Counted from the stretch's first letter, positions 32,400 through 42,560 are shown. The stretch is 64,000 bases of DNA from Acidobacteriota bacterium (GCA_963666055.2 CAXWPH010000015.1:1696001-1760000); one strand, 5' to 3'. Made by a program: numbers and translations. Notes: generated from the letters alone by a model not told the origin.

Positions 32400-32600
32400 A
32401 CGAAACGCCGGCGTGCGCCACGTTGCGGTCGTTGGGGCGATCGGCACCTGCGCGCAGATCGGCTCGACCGCGTGGTCGTCTCGATGCTCATCGATGAACC
32501 GCACCATCCCGTCGCTCGGCGGCCGAGTTCCGCCTGGGCGAAATACGCTGATGCCTTGTGCAGGACCTCGTTGGCCCGCTTCAGCTCCTGGTTTGGAGCG
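32400..32600 (-). pseudogene. IS3-family relic (OrfA/OrfB junction)
   Basis: QELKRANEVLHKASAYFAQAEL followed by MVRFIDEHRDDHAVEPICAQVPIAPT. Confidence 0.7.
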
Positions 32601-32680
32601 GGAGAGTGTGTAGTTTGGGAACAGAACTTGCTTGTCTACGAACGTGAAATGGATAACCGATACCAAGGCAAGGATGAAGA

Positions 32681-34033
32681 ATGAAAGTCGCCGAACTCAC
32701 AGATGACATTCGTAACCACAACTTGGTGCTTCCCGAATTCCAGCGTGAGTACGTTTGGACACGCGAGCAATCCAAACAGCTAATGGTGTCTCTATCGCGA
32801 GGATATCCAGTCGGCGGAGTCCTTTTCTGGAAGACAACTGAACCACCAGAATTGAAGAACGTCGACCAACTACCTGACTTACTCGGGACGGTATCCATAA
32901 TCCTCGATGGCCAACAACGTCTCACAACATTATTCCTTCTCATCTCAGGGCAGATCCCACCCTACTACCGTGAGCGAGATATAACCTACGACCCGCGGGA
33001 TTTGTTCTTTAACATTGCCGACGGCGACTTTCAGTATTACCAACCGACGCGGATGAAGGGGAACCTTCTGTGGCGGCGCGTCGTTGACGTATTCACAGAT
33101 TCCGCGTCATTGAACGTCTTCCAGATCGCGCAGAATCAAGCTGACGACGCCGACGAGCAACTGCGCCTCGCCCAAATCTTCAACGAGCGCGTCGAGACTC
33201 TCAAAGGGATCCGGTCCATCGATCTGCCTGTGCAGATAGTTCCTGCCCACGCGAGCCTGGGCGAAGCAATCGACATCTTCGATCGCGTAAACAGTAAAGG
33301 TACGAAGTTAACAGACGCTGATCTAGCGTTGACGCACGTCACTGCCCGATGGCCTACGGCGCGACGAGAAATGAAGAAGAAGATCGAATGGCTTGATACC
33401 CAACGCTTCTACTTCGACCTCACTTTCATGACCCGAGCATTGACGGATGTTGTCACGCAGAGGGCGCTATTCGAGACGATCCACCCGAAGGAGCGCGAGG
33501 TTCTTGAGGCGGGCTGGACACAACTCTCAAAGATTCTTGACTACCTCGCTGGATTGTTACCTGAGAAGGCGTTCATCCAGTCAACCGAGGACGTAAACAG
33601 CACCAACGTTTTCGTTCCGCTAGTCGTTTATCTATCGACTCACGAGGGCAAGTGCCCAGACGAACGAGCGCTGCAGAACGCACTTCACTGGTTGTACGCG
33701 GCTCATACATGGGGAAGGTATGCAGCCCAGACCGACAATCGATTGGAGCACGATCTGAGTCTTATCGTTCGCGAGATGGCTCCATGGGAGAGCCTCCGGG
33801 AGCAAATCACCGATCAGCGGGGTCGCATCGAGGTCAAGGCGGCAGACTTCGAGGGCCGAGGCGCTGCACATCCCCTCTACCGAATGACGCTCCTGCTCGC
33901 GAAGGCCCTAGGTGGGATTGACTGGTTCAACGGTATGCCCCTCACCAGTCGACTGGACGGTCGATATCGCCTGCACAGCCATCACATTTTCCCGCAGTCG
34001 GTTCTCTATGAAGAGCTCTACGGATCCGCGTGA
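32681..34033 (+). CDS. DUF262 (GmrSD-like type IV restriction) protein, probably C-terminally truncated
   Basis: LPEFQREYVW, ILDGQQRLTTL, IFDRVNSKGTKL; ends shortly after HSHHIFP (start of the HNH domain). Confidence 0.85.
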   Translation: MKVAELTDDIRNHNLVLPEFQREYVWTREQSKQLMVSLSRGYPVGGVLFWKTTEPPELKNVDQLPDLLGTVSIILDGQQRLTTLFLLISGQIPPYYRERDITYDPRDLFFNIADGDFQYYQPTRMKGNLLWRRVVDVFTDSASLNVFQIAQNQADDADEQLRLAQIFNERVETLKGIRSIDLPVQIVPAHASLGEAIDIFDRVNSKGTKLTDADLALTHVTARWPTARREMKKKIEWLDTQRFYFDLTFMTRALTDVVTQRALFETIHPKEREVLEAGWTQLSKILDYLAGLLPEKAFIQSTEDVNSTNVFVPLVVYLSTHEGKCPDERALQNALHWLYAAHTWGRYAAQTDNRLEHDLSLIVREMAPWESLREQITDQRGRIEVKAADFEGRGAAHPLYRMTLLLAKALGGIDWFNGMPLTSRLDGRYRLHSHHIFPQSVLYEELYGSA

Positions 34034-34278
34034 ATACAACAACGCGCTCCCTAGATCCGCAGGCCGCACATGCCTATATCCAGACCCATTGGGGATGACG
34101 CGCGTTTTGGGCTCGGCGTGCCTTCGGAAGTGGCGCGGGTGCGGTCCCTTGGTGGTGCGCAGGGTGACTCGGGGACCATCGGCGCGTGAGTCATCTGCTG
34201 ACTCGCATTGTACGAGGCAGCGGGACCGGCGCCTCCGCGCCCTCGGGCTGATAGCTGATGTTGTCGAGGAGCAGATAC

Positions 34279-34365
34279 ATGAGACATCACGGGCTCACCC
34301 CGAAGCAGCAGGAGTTCGCTCAGGAATTGGTGAAGAACAGGACCGCCGCCGCACGGCGGGGAGCT
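34279..34365 (+). pseudogene. Terminase small subunit N-terminal relic
   Basis: GAGGAG RBS then MRHHGLTPKQQEFAQELVKNRTAAARRG, resembling the TerS LTxKQxxF...NATxAAxRAG motif. Confidence 0.5.
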
Positions 34366-34437
34366 CGCAGTCCCTCCCTCCGCCTCGCAAAGTGGCTACA
34401 TCGACGCGCTGACCCCGGGAGGGTCAGTCCGCCGGGA

Positions 34438-37400
34438 TCACGTCGCGCCAAATCTGGTGGCGACGTACTTGTCGGCATCCTCCTGGGCGAGTCGCACCGT
34501 ACCGGGGCCACTGCGGACGTACAGATCGCCGTTAACGGCCTTCTCTATACCCTTCCATCGCAGATACACCGGCTCGGGACTCCGCTGGCAGCTCACGAGG
34601 CAGACAGTCTTGCCCTCGACGATCTGCGCCTCGGGATCGATGCAGGTTCCGGCGCGGTCACCGAGGCCATTGCGCACGACCTGGGCTAAGTGCCGCATGA
34701 ACTTATCGTCGCTGTCGAGGCGGTCATGCTCGATGCCGACAACCTTGCGGTCGTCGTCCACGCCGATCAGCAGGTCGCCACCCTCGGTGTTGAGGAACGC
34801 GGCGATGCTCTTGAGCGCCGCGTGGGTGACGTGCTTGTCGTCCTTGCGGTCTTTTCTCAGGTTCCAGCGCAGGCTCGACTTGAACTCGAGCGTCTTGGAC
34901 TCCTGGAGCTTGAGCAGTTCCTCTGCTCGCCGGTGCCGCTGGATGTAGTCGTCAAACAGGAAGTTCTTGAGCGCCCGGCCGAAGCTCTCATCGTCGGTGA
35001 TGCGCTTGTACAGCTCGAAGTTGGTCTCCACGATCTCCTGGCACTTGTCCTCAACCTTGGGGTCGAAGGTCAGCCGCACGTTCTCGCGCGTGTTTACCCG
35101 GGCGCTGGCCGCCAGGCCGGGGTCCTGGTCGAGGGCCAAGCGGATGTTCTCGAGAGTGACGCGGTGCTCAGGGCCGAGGTCTGTGCCGAAGCGCTCGTTG
35201 AGCGCCTCGATGATGCGCGAGAGCGCCTCCAACTCCTGCGCGCCGGCCCCACTGTGCGGCTTGCTCCCGGCCGGGTCGAGCGGCCAGACCTGCCGCTCCA
35301 GCGCGATTGAGCCCTGGCTCGTCTGCTGGATGCGGAAGGACTCCATGTCGATGTTCTGCTGCACCTCGAGAGGTAACTCCTCACGGCTGGCCGGCAGCAG
35401 GCGCCTGAGGTGCCGGGCAAAGACGTAGAGCTTCTCCAGGTCGAGGTCGGCGAATCTCAGCACCTGGGACAGGAACGCGTACAGGCGTGCGTAGTCGCTG
35501 AGGTCGCCACGGAAGTCGCCTCCCTCCTCAGGACCAAGCTCCCCGAAGCGCTGACGCGCCGGCTCCAGCGCCGCGTACAGCCTGTCCTGGGTGCCCTTGG
35601 GGTCGAAGTACACCCGCCCGAAGGCCTCCACGTCGTCGGCCACGAACACGCCGTAGTTCAGCAGCCTGCCCTGGATCTCGTACAGGAGGTTGGGGTCGGT
35701 CTCCTCGGAAAGCAGGGTGGTCTCGTAGTACGGCTCGAAGGCTTTCCGGATCTCCTCGGCCTCGTTGGCGAAGTCGAGCACCATCGCACCCTTCTTGCCG
35801 GGGTGGGTGCGGTTCAGGCGGGACAGCGTCTGGACCGCGTTCACGCCACCGAGCTTCTTGTCCACGTACATCGTGTGCAGCAGTGGCTGATCGAATCCGG
35901 TCTGGAACTTGTTGGCGACCACCAGGAAGCGGTACTGAGGCTTGTCGAACTCGGCTGCCGTCTGCCGCTCGCCGATCACTCGCTCCTGCCCGGCGGAGTT
36001 CATGCCGGACTCCGTGTAGGAGGCGCCACGGTCCTTCACCGTTCCGGAAAAGGCGACGAGCGCCTTGTACGGATGGCCCTTATCGGCCAGATACTGATCC
36101 AGGGCGAGCTTGGCCCGCACCGCGTGCAGGCGTGAGCGCGTCACGATCATCGCCTTGGCCCGCCCGCGGATCTCACGTGCGACCTGCGCGGCGAAATGCT
36201 CCACGCAGATGGCGATCTTGTCGCCGATGGCATGCGGGTGCAGCTCGACGAAGGACTTGAGCAGGTACTCCGCTTGGCTCTTGTCGTACCGCGGATCCTG
36301 CTCGATCTTCTTCAGCAGGCGCCAGTAGGCCTTGTAGGTGGTGTAGTTGGCCAGGACATCGAGGATGAACCTCTCCTCGATCGCCTGGCGCATGCTGTAA
36401 AGATGGAAGGGCTCGAACTTCCCGTCCGGCCGCTTGTGGCCGAACAGCTCCAGCGTCTTGGGCTTCGGGGTCGCCGTGAAGGCGAACGTCGAGAGGTTCG
36501 GCTGCCGCCCGCGGCTTTGGATTTCCTCCAGGACCCGGTTGTCGATCTCCTCTTCCGGGGTCTCCGCACCCGCTTCCTCTTGTTCGGCCTGCTCCAGGCT
36601 CCCTGCTCTGAGCACCGCCTTGAGGCTCTTGGTGCTCTCGCCAGACTGCGAGGAATGGGCCTCGTCCACGATGACTCCGAAGCGCTGGCCGGGGAGCTGG
36701 CCGATCTGCTCGGCGATCACCGGGAACTTCTGCAGCGTGGTGACGATGATCGTCCGGCCAGCCTCGAGAGCCTCGCGCAGCTGGCGGGAGGTCTGGTCGA
36801 TGTTCTCCACCACGCCGAGGGTCTGCTCGAACTGCCGGATGGTGCGCTGCAACTGCCGGTCGAGCACCCGCCGATCGGTCACCACGATGACCGAGTCGAA
36901 CACACGCCGGTCCTCTCGGTCATGCAGCACCGAGAGCTGGTGGGCAAGCCACGCGATCGTGAAGCTCTTGCCGCTGCCCGCCGAATGTTGGATCAGATAG
37001 CGCTCGCCGGTGCCGTGGTGTAGCGCATGGCGCACAAGGCGGCGCACGCAGTCCAGCTGCTGGTAGCGCGGGAAGATCAGGAAGCGCTGGCCGGTCTTGC
37101 GTCCGGTATCGTCCTCCTCCTGCACCTCGTGAATGAACTGGCGCAGCAGGTCCAGGACACTGTCCCGGGCCCAGATCTTCTCCCACAGGTAATCGGTCGG
37201 AAAGCCCGGACGGGTGGGCGGGACCGGTGAATTCCCCGCGCCGCCGAAGCGCCCCTGGTTGAAGGGTAGGAACCGAGTCCCGGGCCCGGACAGCTGCGTC
37301 GTCACGAATACCAACTCCGGGTCCACGGCGAAGTGGGCCAGGCAGCACCCGTAGGACAGGAGCGGCTCTCGCGGGTCGCGGTTGTGCCGGTACTGCCGGA

Positions 37401-37974
37401 TAGCGTCCTGCACGTCCTGGCCGTTGAGCGGGTTCTTGAGCTCGGCCGTGAAGATGGGGATGCCGTTCAAAAACAGCGCGAGATCGAGGCTCTCCTCGCT
37501 CTGCTCGCTGAAGCGAAGCTGGCGCACCACGGCAAAGAGGTTGGCCGCGTGAAGGCGCTGCAGCTGTTCGTTGAGCCCGCTCGCGGGCCTGAAGTAAGCG
37601 AGGTGGAACCTGCAGCCTGAGTCCTTGACGCCGTTGCGCAGCACGTCGAGTGCCCCCCGTCGGCCGATCTCGCGCGACAGCCGGCCCAGGAAGCGCACCT
37701 TCACGTGAGCGCCGTGGTGCTGCTTGAGCTTGTCCCACTCCTTCGGCTGGGTGGCCAGCAGGAAGTCGACGACGTCGGTCGGAATCAGACAGAGCCCGCG
37801 GTCGTAGTCCTCCGGCTGGCGCTTGCGGTAGCCACCCGGCACCGGCTCATCGTCGTACTCGGGCGGCGACTCGCTCACTGCCGTCGCTTCATCCGAGCGT
37901 GCGGCGAACCCGTCTCGCAGCAGCGCGCACTCGATCGCCTCCTCGAAGGCCTGCTCGGAGACCTCCGGGCTCAT
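34438..37974 (-). CDS. hsdR: Type I restriction subunit HsdR with C-terminal Schlafen/AlbA_2 domain
   Basis: DLALFLNGIPIFTAELKN, QHSAGSGKS, DEAHSSQ, FTATPK, KFQTGFDQP, QTLSRLNR; tail ESKTLEFKSS..AAFLNTEGGDLLIGVDD. Confidence 0.93.
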   Translation of the reverse strand: MSPEVSEQAFEEAIECALLRDGFAARSDEATAVSESPPEYDDEPVPGGYRKRQPEDYDRGLCLIPTDVVDFLLATQPKEWDKLKQHHGAHVKVRFLGRLSREIGRRGALDVLRNGVKDSGCRFHLAYFRPASGLNEQLQRLHAANLFAVVRQLRFSEQSEESLDLALFLNGIPIFTAELKNPLNGQDVQDAIRQYRHNRDPREPLLSYGCCLAHFAVDPELVFVTTQLSGPGTRFLPFNQGRFGGAGNSPVPPTRPGFPTDYLWEKIWARDSVLDLLRQFIHEVQEEDDTGRKTGQRFLIFPRYQQLDCVRRLVRHALHHGTGERYLIQHSAGSGKSFTIAWLAHQLSVLHDREDRRVFDSVIVVTDRRVLDRQLQRTIRQFEQTLGVVENIDQTSRQLREALEAGRTIIVTTLQKFPVIAEQIGQLPGQRFGVIVDEAHSSQSGESTKSLKAVLRAGSLEQAEQEEAGAETPEEEIDNRVLEEIQSRGRQPNLSTFAFTATPKPKTLELFGHKRPDGKFEPFHLYSMRQAIEERFILDVLANYTTYKAYWRLLKKIEQDPRYDKSQAEYLLKSFVELHPHAIGDKIAICVEHFAAQVAREIRGRAKAMIVTRSRLHAVRAKLALDQYLADKGHPYKALVAFSGTVKDRGASYTESGMNSAGQERVIGERQTAAEFDKPQYRFLVVANKFQTGFDQPLLHTMYVDKKLGGVNAVQTLSRLNRTHPGKKGAMVLDFANEAEEIRKAFEPYYETTLLSEETDPNLLYEIQGRLLNYGVFVADDVEAFGRVYFDPKGTQDRLYAALEPARQRFGELGPEEGGDFRGDLSDYARLYAFLSQVLRFADLDLEKLYVFARHLRRLLPASREELPLEVQQNIDMESFRIQQTSQGSIALERQVWPLDPAGSKPHSGAGAQELEALSRIIEALNERFGTDLGPEHRVTLENIRLALDQDPGLAASARVNTRENVRLTFDPKVEDKCQEIVETNFELYKRITDDESFGRALKNFLFDDYIQRHRRAEELLKLQESKTLEFKSSLRWNLRKDRKDDKHVTHAALKSIAAFLNTEGGDLLIGVDDDRKVVGIEHDRLDSDDKFMRHLAQVVRNGLGDRAGTCIDPEAQIVEGKTVCLVSCQRSPEPVYLRWKGIEKAVNGDLYVRSGPGTVRLAQEDADKYVATRFGAT

Positions 37975-39347
37975 GCCGCTTGTTCCCGGACGTCGATCTT
38001 GCCGGTGACCGCAGCGGAGATCAGCGCGGTGCGGAATTCTTTGAGAAGGCCGATGGCATCTTGGACTCGTTCAATCAGAGAGCTAATCGTGTTGTAGACG
38101 TCCTGCCCGTACTGAGCGATATCCTCTTGCTCTGATCTTGGTGGCACCGGAACGAAGAGCTTCTTAATCTGGACAAGGTTGATTCGCTTGAAGGTGGAGC
38201 CCACCACGAGCGCCTCCAGCTGAGCCAGTACAACGCGGCTCCGAAGCGTATGGAGTAGGAACAACGGCTGGTTGGATACTGAACGGATCAGGGATACGTC
38301 TTGTCCCATGCAGAACGGCTCTTCGTTGTCGACGATGGCGGCCTCGCCAACCGTTGCGTTTCTGCTGTAAATGATGTCACCAATCTGAGGCTTTCTTCCT
38401 CCAGCAATCATGCTCTGGTATTCCTCGATCGACGTCCGATTCGCATTTGATAGGTCTACCTTAAGCCCATGCACCTCTCCGATACTGGCCACGGCTATTC
38501 CTTCGTCGAGAAACGGCACGGTTCGGTGGCTTGCAATCGAGCACCGTCCACCATCGCGAAAGGGCTCCTGCTTCCCAATGTGCCGGGATCTCCCCCATCC
38601 ACTCCACGCCGGAATCCTTCATGGGGACGTTCGGGTCCAGACCACGGGTGACGGCACGGGTGATGAGGGCGATGCGTTTCTCCTGAAGTAGCTCGATCAG
38701 CCGCTCCTTGCTCGCCACCAACCCATCGATCTTCGCTGTCTCGCGGTCGAGGAAGGTGGCGATGCTGCGTTGCTCCTCGATTGCAACCGGTAGCACGACG
38801 GGCATGTTGCGCACCCTTTTTGCACTCAGGTTGTCCTGCGTATTGCTGGCTGACAACATCTGGATATGGGCCTGCATGAACTCGAACCACCACCGCAGGT
38901 AGTCGCGGAGCGCCTCGCTCTCACGAGGTACGACACCGAGAATCGCTTGGTTGGTCACGGCCTCAGTCTCCAAGCAGTGCAACCTTACCTAGCGAAGGCG
39001 TACATGGAGTAGAGAAGCGTCCCTACGGGCAAGATTCGAAGACGCTTCGACATCCGCCCTTCTTCGGTGATCCGCTTGCCCGTCACGTGTAGGTGAAAGT
39101 CTCGTGTCATATCCGAGATCGCCACCCAGGGGATGCCATGCTCTTCGTCCGTCCAATATGCGACGTTGCCCGATTCAGGAGTTCCGCCAGATTCGAGACG
39201 AGCCACACAATTCTTGAGCGTCTTGAGGTTCCAACGCGCCGGGATCTTGCCCAGCCACCCCACGCCGGAATCCCAGTACTCCGGGTACGGCCGGAATCGC
39301 CGAGCTCGCGCCTTCTCGATCTGATCGGCCACGTCAGGCACAGTCAC
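37971..39347 (-). pseudogene. hsdS: Type I specificity subunit HsdS, split by 1-bp insertions
   Basis: YPEYWDSGVGWLGKIP, EQRSIATFLDRETAKID, MKDSGVEWMGEIP, LISAAVTGKIDVR; shifts near 38990, 38970 and 38530. Confidence 0.85.
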
Positions 39348-39619
39348 TCGCGCCTTCCATCCGAGCCTGAGTCCCCGTCCGCCAGGGCCTGCCAGTGGGC
39401 CAGGCCTGCGTGAACAGACTCTCCTCGATCAAGGAGTCTCGGCCCTGGCAGAGCCATAGCATCTCGCCCGCGTCCACGAGCCGAGCCAAACCGCCGACGC
39501 CGGTCCCGACTTGGCGCTGCACCTCCTGCCAACGCTGCGCCCACGTGGTGTCCTCGTAGTAGCTGGGAAGCAGCGCCACCGGTCTCTGGCCGGTAAACGA
39601 CAACCCCCTACGGGCATGT

Positions 39620-41731
39620 TCAACCCGCCACCTCACGCAGCATGGCCACGATCTCCTTCTCCACCTGCTGGATGTCGGCCTGTATCTGCTCCAGCGGCCG
39701 CGGTGGGCGGTACTCGTAGAAGTAGCGGTTGAAGTTGATCTCGTAGCCCACGAGCCCGACCTGTCCATCCCGCGCATCCCGGCGCTTCGTGTCGATCCAG
39801 GCGTCGGGAACGTGTGGTTTCACCTCGCGCGCGAAGAACGACTCGACATCCTCGACAAGGGGCACGCTCTCCGTGTCGCGAAGCTGGGGATCAGGCTCAG
39901 GGCGACCCTCCCGGTCCCGGCAGACCTCCGCCTCGTCGTTGCGCTCGGACAACGCGGAGAAAATGGCTTTCTTGATGGGCGCGGCGAGCTTGATCTTCGC
40001 TTCTTGTGTCGCCTGGGAAAGCTCGGCCTCGAAGAGTGCCTGATCCAGAAACAGCTTGTCCGGCAGATTCTTCAGCAGGGCTCGGATCTCGGCCTGTTGC
40101 TCCCGGCCCGCCTCCTCGTCCTTCGCCTTCGCTTCGACCTTCTTGCGTGACACCGCCAGGCTCACGAAGGCGCGCTCCTCTTCGAGCCGTGCGATCCGCT
40201 CGGAGCTGGCCTGGAAATCCAGCTTGAGCGGACGCTCCACCGTGATCTTGCGGAAGCCGAAGTGCGTGGTCGGGTAGATGCGGCTGACGACAACCTCGCA
40301 CTCCTCGCCGTCCTGGACGACCTTGCGGGTCGCCCCATCCTCGAACTCCGCCAGCAGCCCCAGGATCTCCTCCTTTCGCTCGACCGGAACCTCGCGACGC
40401 TTCGCGCCCAGACTCTTGCGCAGAGGGACCCAGAACGAAGTGGCATCGATGAGCTGCACCCTGCCGGCCCGCTCGGGCCGTTTCCGGTTCGTGAGCACCC
40501 AGACGTAGGTCGCGATGCCCGTGTTGTAGAACAGCTGCTCGGGCAGTGCGATCAGCGCTTCCAGCAGATCGTTCTCGAGGATCCAGCGGCGGATCTCGCT
40601 CTCACCGCTGCCCGCATCGCCGGTGAAAAGCGGCGAGCCGTTCATGATGATCGCGACCCGCGAGCCGCCCTGGGCTTGCTCCTTGGAGTGCGCGAGCATG
40701 TGCAGCAGGAACAGCAGCTGGCCATCGCTTATCCGCGGCAAGCCCGCACCGAAGCGGCCCGCGTCTCCCCGGTCGTGCTCGGCCCGCACCGCGTCCTGGT
40801 CGCGCTTCCAGTCCTTGCCGTAGGGTGGATTGGCGATCATGTAGTCGAACGTTGTGCTGGCGTGCCGGTCGTTGGAGAGCGTGCTGCCGAACAGGACATT
40901 GTCCGCGTCGCGGCCGTCTTCCGACTTCATGAAGAGATCTGACTTGCAGATGCCGAAGGTCTCCGGGTTCACCTCCTGGCCGAACAGGTGGATGTCGGCT
41001 TGAGGGTTCACGGCGCTGCCGCAGAGTTCACCCTCGCGCCTTTCTCCGACGTTGATGTGCTCCTTGGCGATGGTGAGCATGCCGCCCGACCCACAGCACG
41101 GGTCGTAGACACTCAGCACGACCCCTTTGGTGCGCAGCCGTTGCTCGTCGCCAGCCAGCAACAGGTCCACCATGAGATGGACAACGTCGCGGGGAGTGAA
41201 GTGCTCACCGGGGTTTTCGTTCAGCGCCTCGTTGAACTTCCGGATGAGCTCCTCGAAGACCGTGCCCATCGTGAAGTTGTCGACCAGGTCCGGGTGCAGA
41301 TTCACCTTCGGATCGCCGAACCGCTGCACGACCTGGAACAGGAGCCCCGCCTCGTCGAGCTTGGCGATGGTGTTGTCGAAGTCGAACTTCTCCAGCACCT
41401 CGCGCATGTTGGGGCTGAACCCGGCGATGTAGTTGCGCAGGTTCTGAGCGATGTGGGGCGCGTCAGCGAGCAGTTTGTCGAAGTCGTAGCGGGAGGTGTT
41501 GTAGAACGCGAAGCCCGAGGCGCGCCGAAGCTGCGGCTCGAGGTTCTCGATCCTGCCCCGGTACTTGGCCTGGACCGCCAGCACCTGCCCTTTGGTGGGG
41601 GCCAGCACGCAGTCGAGGCGCCGCAGCACGGTGAGCGGCAGGATCACGTCCTGGTACTTGCCTCGCTTGAAGGTGTCGCGGATCAGGTCCGCTACGCCCC
41701 AGATGAAGCTCGTGATCTCGCTGTGGTTCAT
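39620..41731 (-). CDS. hsdM: Type I N6-adenine methyltransferase HsdM
   Basis: GEHFTPRDVV, DPCCGSGGML, NPPY, FYNTGIATY, GYEINFNRYFY. Confidence 0.95.
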   Translation of the reverse strand: MNHSEITSFIWGVADLIRDTFKRGKYQDVILPLTVLRRLDCVLAPTKGQVLAVQAKYRGRIENLEPQLRRASGFAFYNTSRYDFDKLLADAPHIAQNLRNYIAGFSPNMREVLEKFDFDNTIAKLDEAGLLFQVVQRFGDPKVNLHPDLVDNFTMGTVFEELIRKFNEALNENPGEHFTPRDVVHLMVDLLLAGDEQRLRTKGVVLSVYDPCCGSGGMLTIAKEHINVGERREGELCGSAVNPQADIHLFGQEVNPETFGICKSDLFMKSEDGRDADNVLFGSTLSNDRHASTTFDYMIANPPYGKDWKRDQDAVRAEHDRGDAGRFGAGLPRISDGQLLFLLHMLAHSKEQAQGGSRVAIIMNGSPLFTGDAGSGESEIRRWILENDLLEALIALPEQLFYNTGIATYVWVLTNRKRPERAGRVQLIDATSFWVPLRKSLGAKRREVPVERKEEILGLLAEFEDGATRKVVQDGEECEVVVSRIYPTTHFGFRKITVERPLKLDFQASSERIARLEEERAFVSLAVSRKKVEAKAKDEEAGREQQAEIRALLKNLPDKLFLDQALFEAELSQATQEAKIKLAAPIKKAIFSALSERNDEAEVCRDREGRPEPDPQLRDTESVPLVEDVESFFAREVKPHVPDAWIDTKRRDARDGQVGLVGYEINFNRYFYEYRPPRPLEQIQADIQQVEKEIVAMLREVAG

Positions 41732-41804
41732 GTCGGGTCCAATGTCTCGGCGCAGCTAAGGGACTCTCAGCGCAGGCCCCGGTGCCGCCAGGTGCGCGGC
41801 TTGG

Positions 41805-42560
41805 CTAAGAATCCGAATCGTCGCCCGAGCGCTTGTCCGCAATGCCGAGTAGGTGACTCGCCAGCACGATCATCTCCACGGCCTCGGCTCGTTCGATGGT
41901 CACGCTACGGTGGCTGTGGGGGTTCTTGTAAGAGCCGATGGCGCCGGCAAAAAGATGAGCGAGCGCATCCTGCTCCACCTTCGGCGCCTCAGCGTCCGCC
42001 AGAGCACCGCCTGTCCTGAACGCCTTCCGCATCAAAGCGACTCCGATGTCCGTGTCTGCACATTCCGCGGCCTCCCGGACCCGCACTTCGACCTCTTTGA
42101 ATGCCTGAAACACCGCCGTATCGTAGTCGCCCCTGAGGAACAACGCCCACACCTTCTGCGCGATTCTCGGATGAAGCTGGCCACGCGGAAGCAAGTTCGC
42201 ATGACGGTAATCGTGCACCTGCTCACGCGTCTGTAGCCGTCGGCCGCGCCTGGAGATGACCACATCCCCCTCACTCGGTGACCCAGGCTTCGGCACCAGA
42301 AGCCCCTCACGCTCAAGCCAGACCCACGCCTCCATGAGGGCCAGGATCACCTCTTCCCGCGAGTCCTGCGGATACTCTTGCACTGTGTGTTCGAGACCGA
42401 AGTTGAACCGGTTTAGGTTTCTCTGTTCGGAGGCAGGGAGACGGTTGAGCCGTTCCACCAGTAAGCCGGCAAGCTCCTCGGGCTCAAGCGCGAGCACAAC
42501 CTCCGGGTCGGGAATCAGCGAATGGATGGAGCCAGGGACCGCGCCTCCTGTGTCGTTCAT
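41805..42560 (-). CDS. TIGR02391/Ymh-like (HEPN-like) protein with wHTH-like N-terminus
   Basis: LHPRI..GDYDTAVFQAFKEVEVRVR..GVALMRKAF..LFAGAIGSYKNPHSH. Confidence 0.8.
   Translation of the reverse strand: MNDTGGAVPGSIHSLIPDPEVVLALEPEELAGLLVERLNRLPASEQRNLNRFNFGLEHTVQEYPQDSREEVILALMEAWVWLEREGLLVPKPGSPSEGDVVISRRGRRLQTREQVHDYRHANLLPRGQLHPRIAQKVWALFLRGDYDTAVFQAFKEVEVRVREAAECADTDIGVALMRKAFRTGGALADAEAPKVEQDALAHLFAGAIGSYKNPHSHRSVTIERAEAVEMIVLASHLLGIADKRSGDDSDS

Noticed and set aside
34370-34386. CCCTCCGCC as the partner att core
   Set aside because: Only 9 bp match in GC-rich DNA and no arm or IHF context; likely chance.
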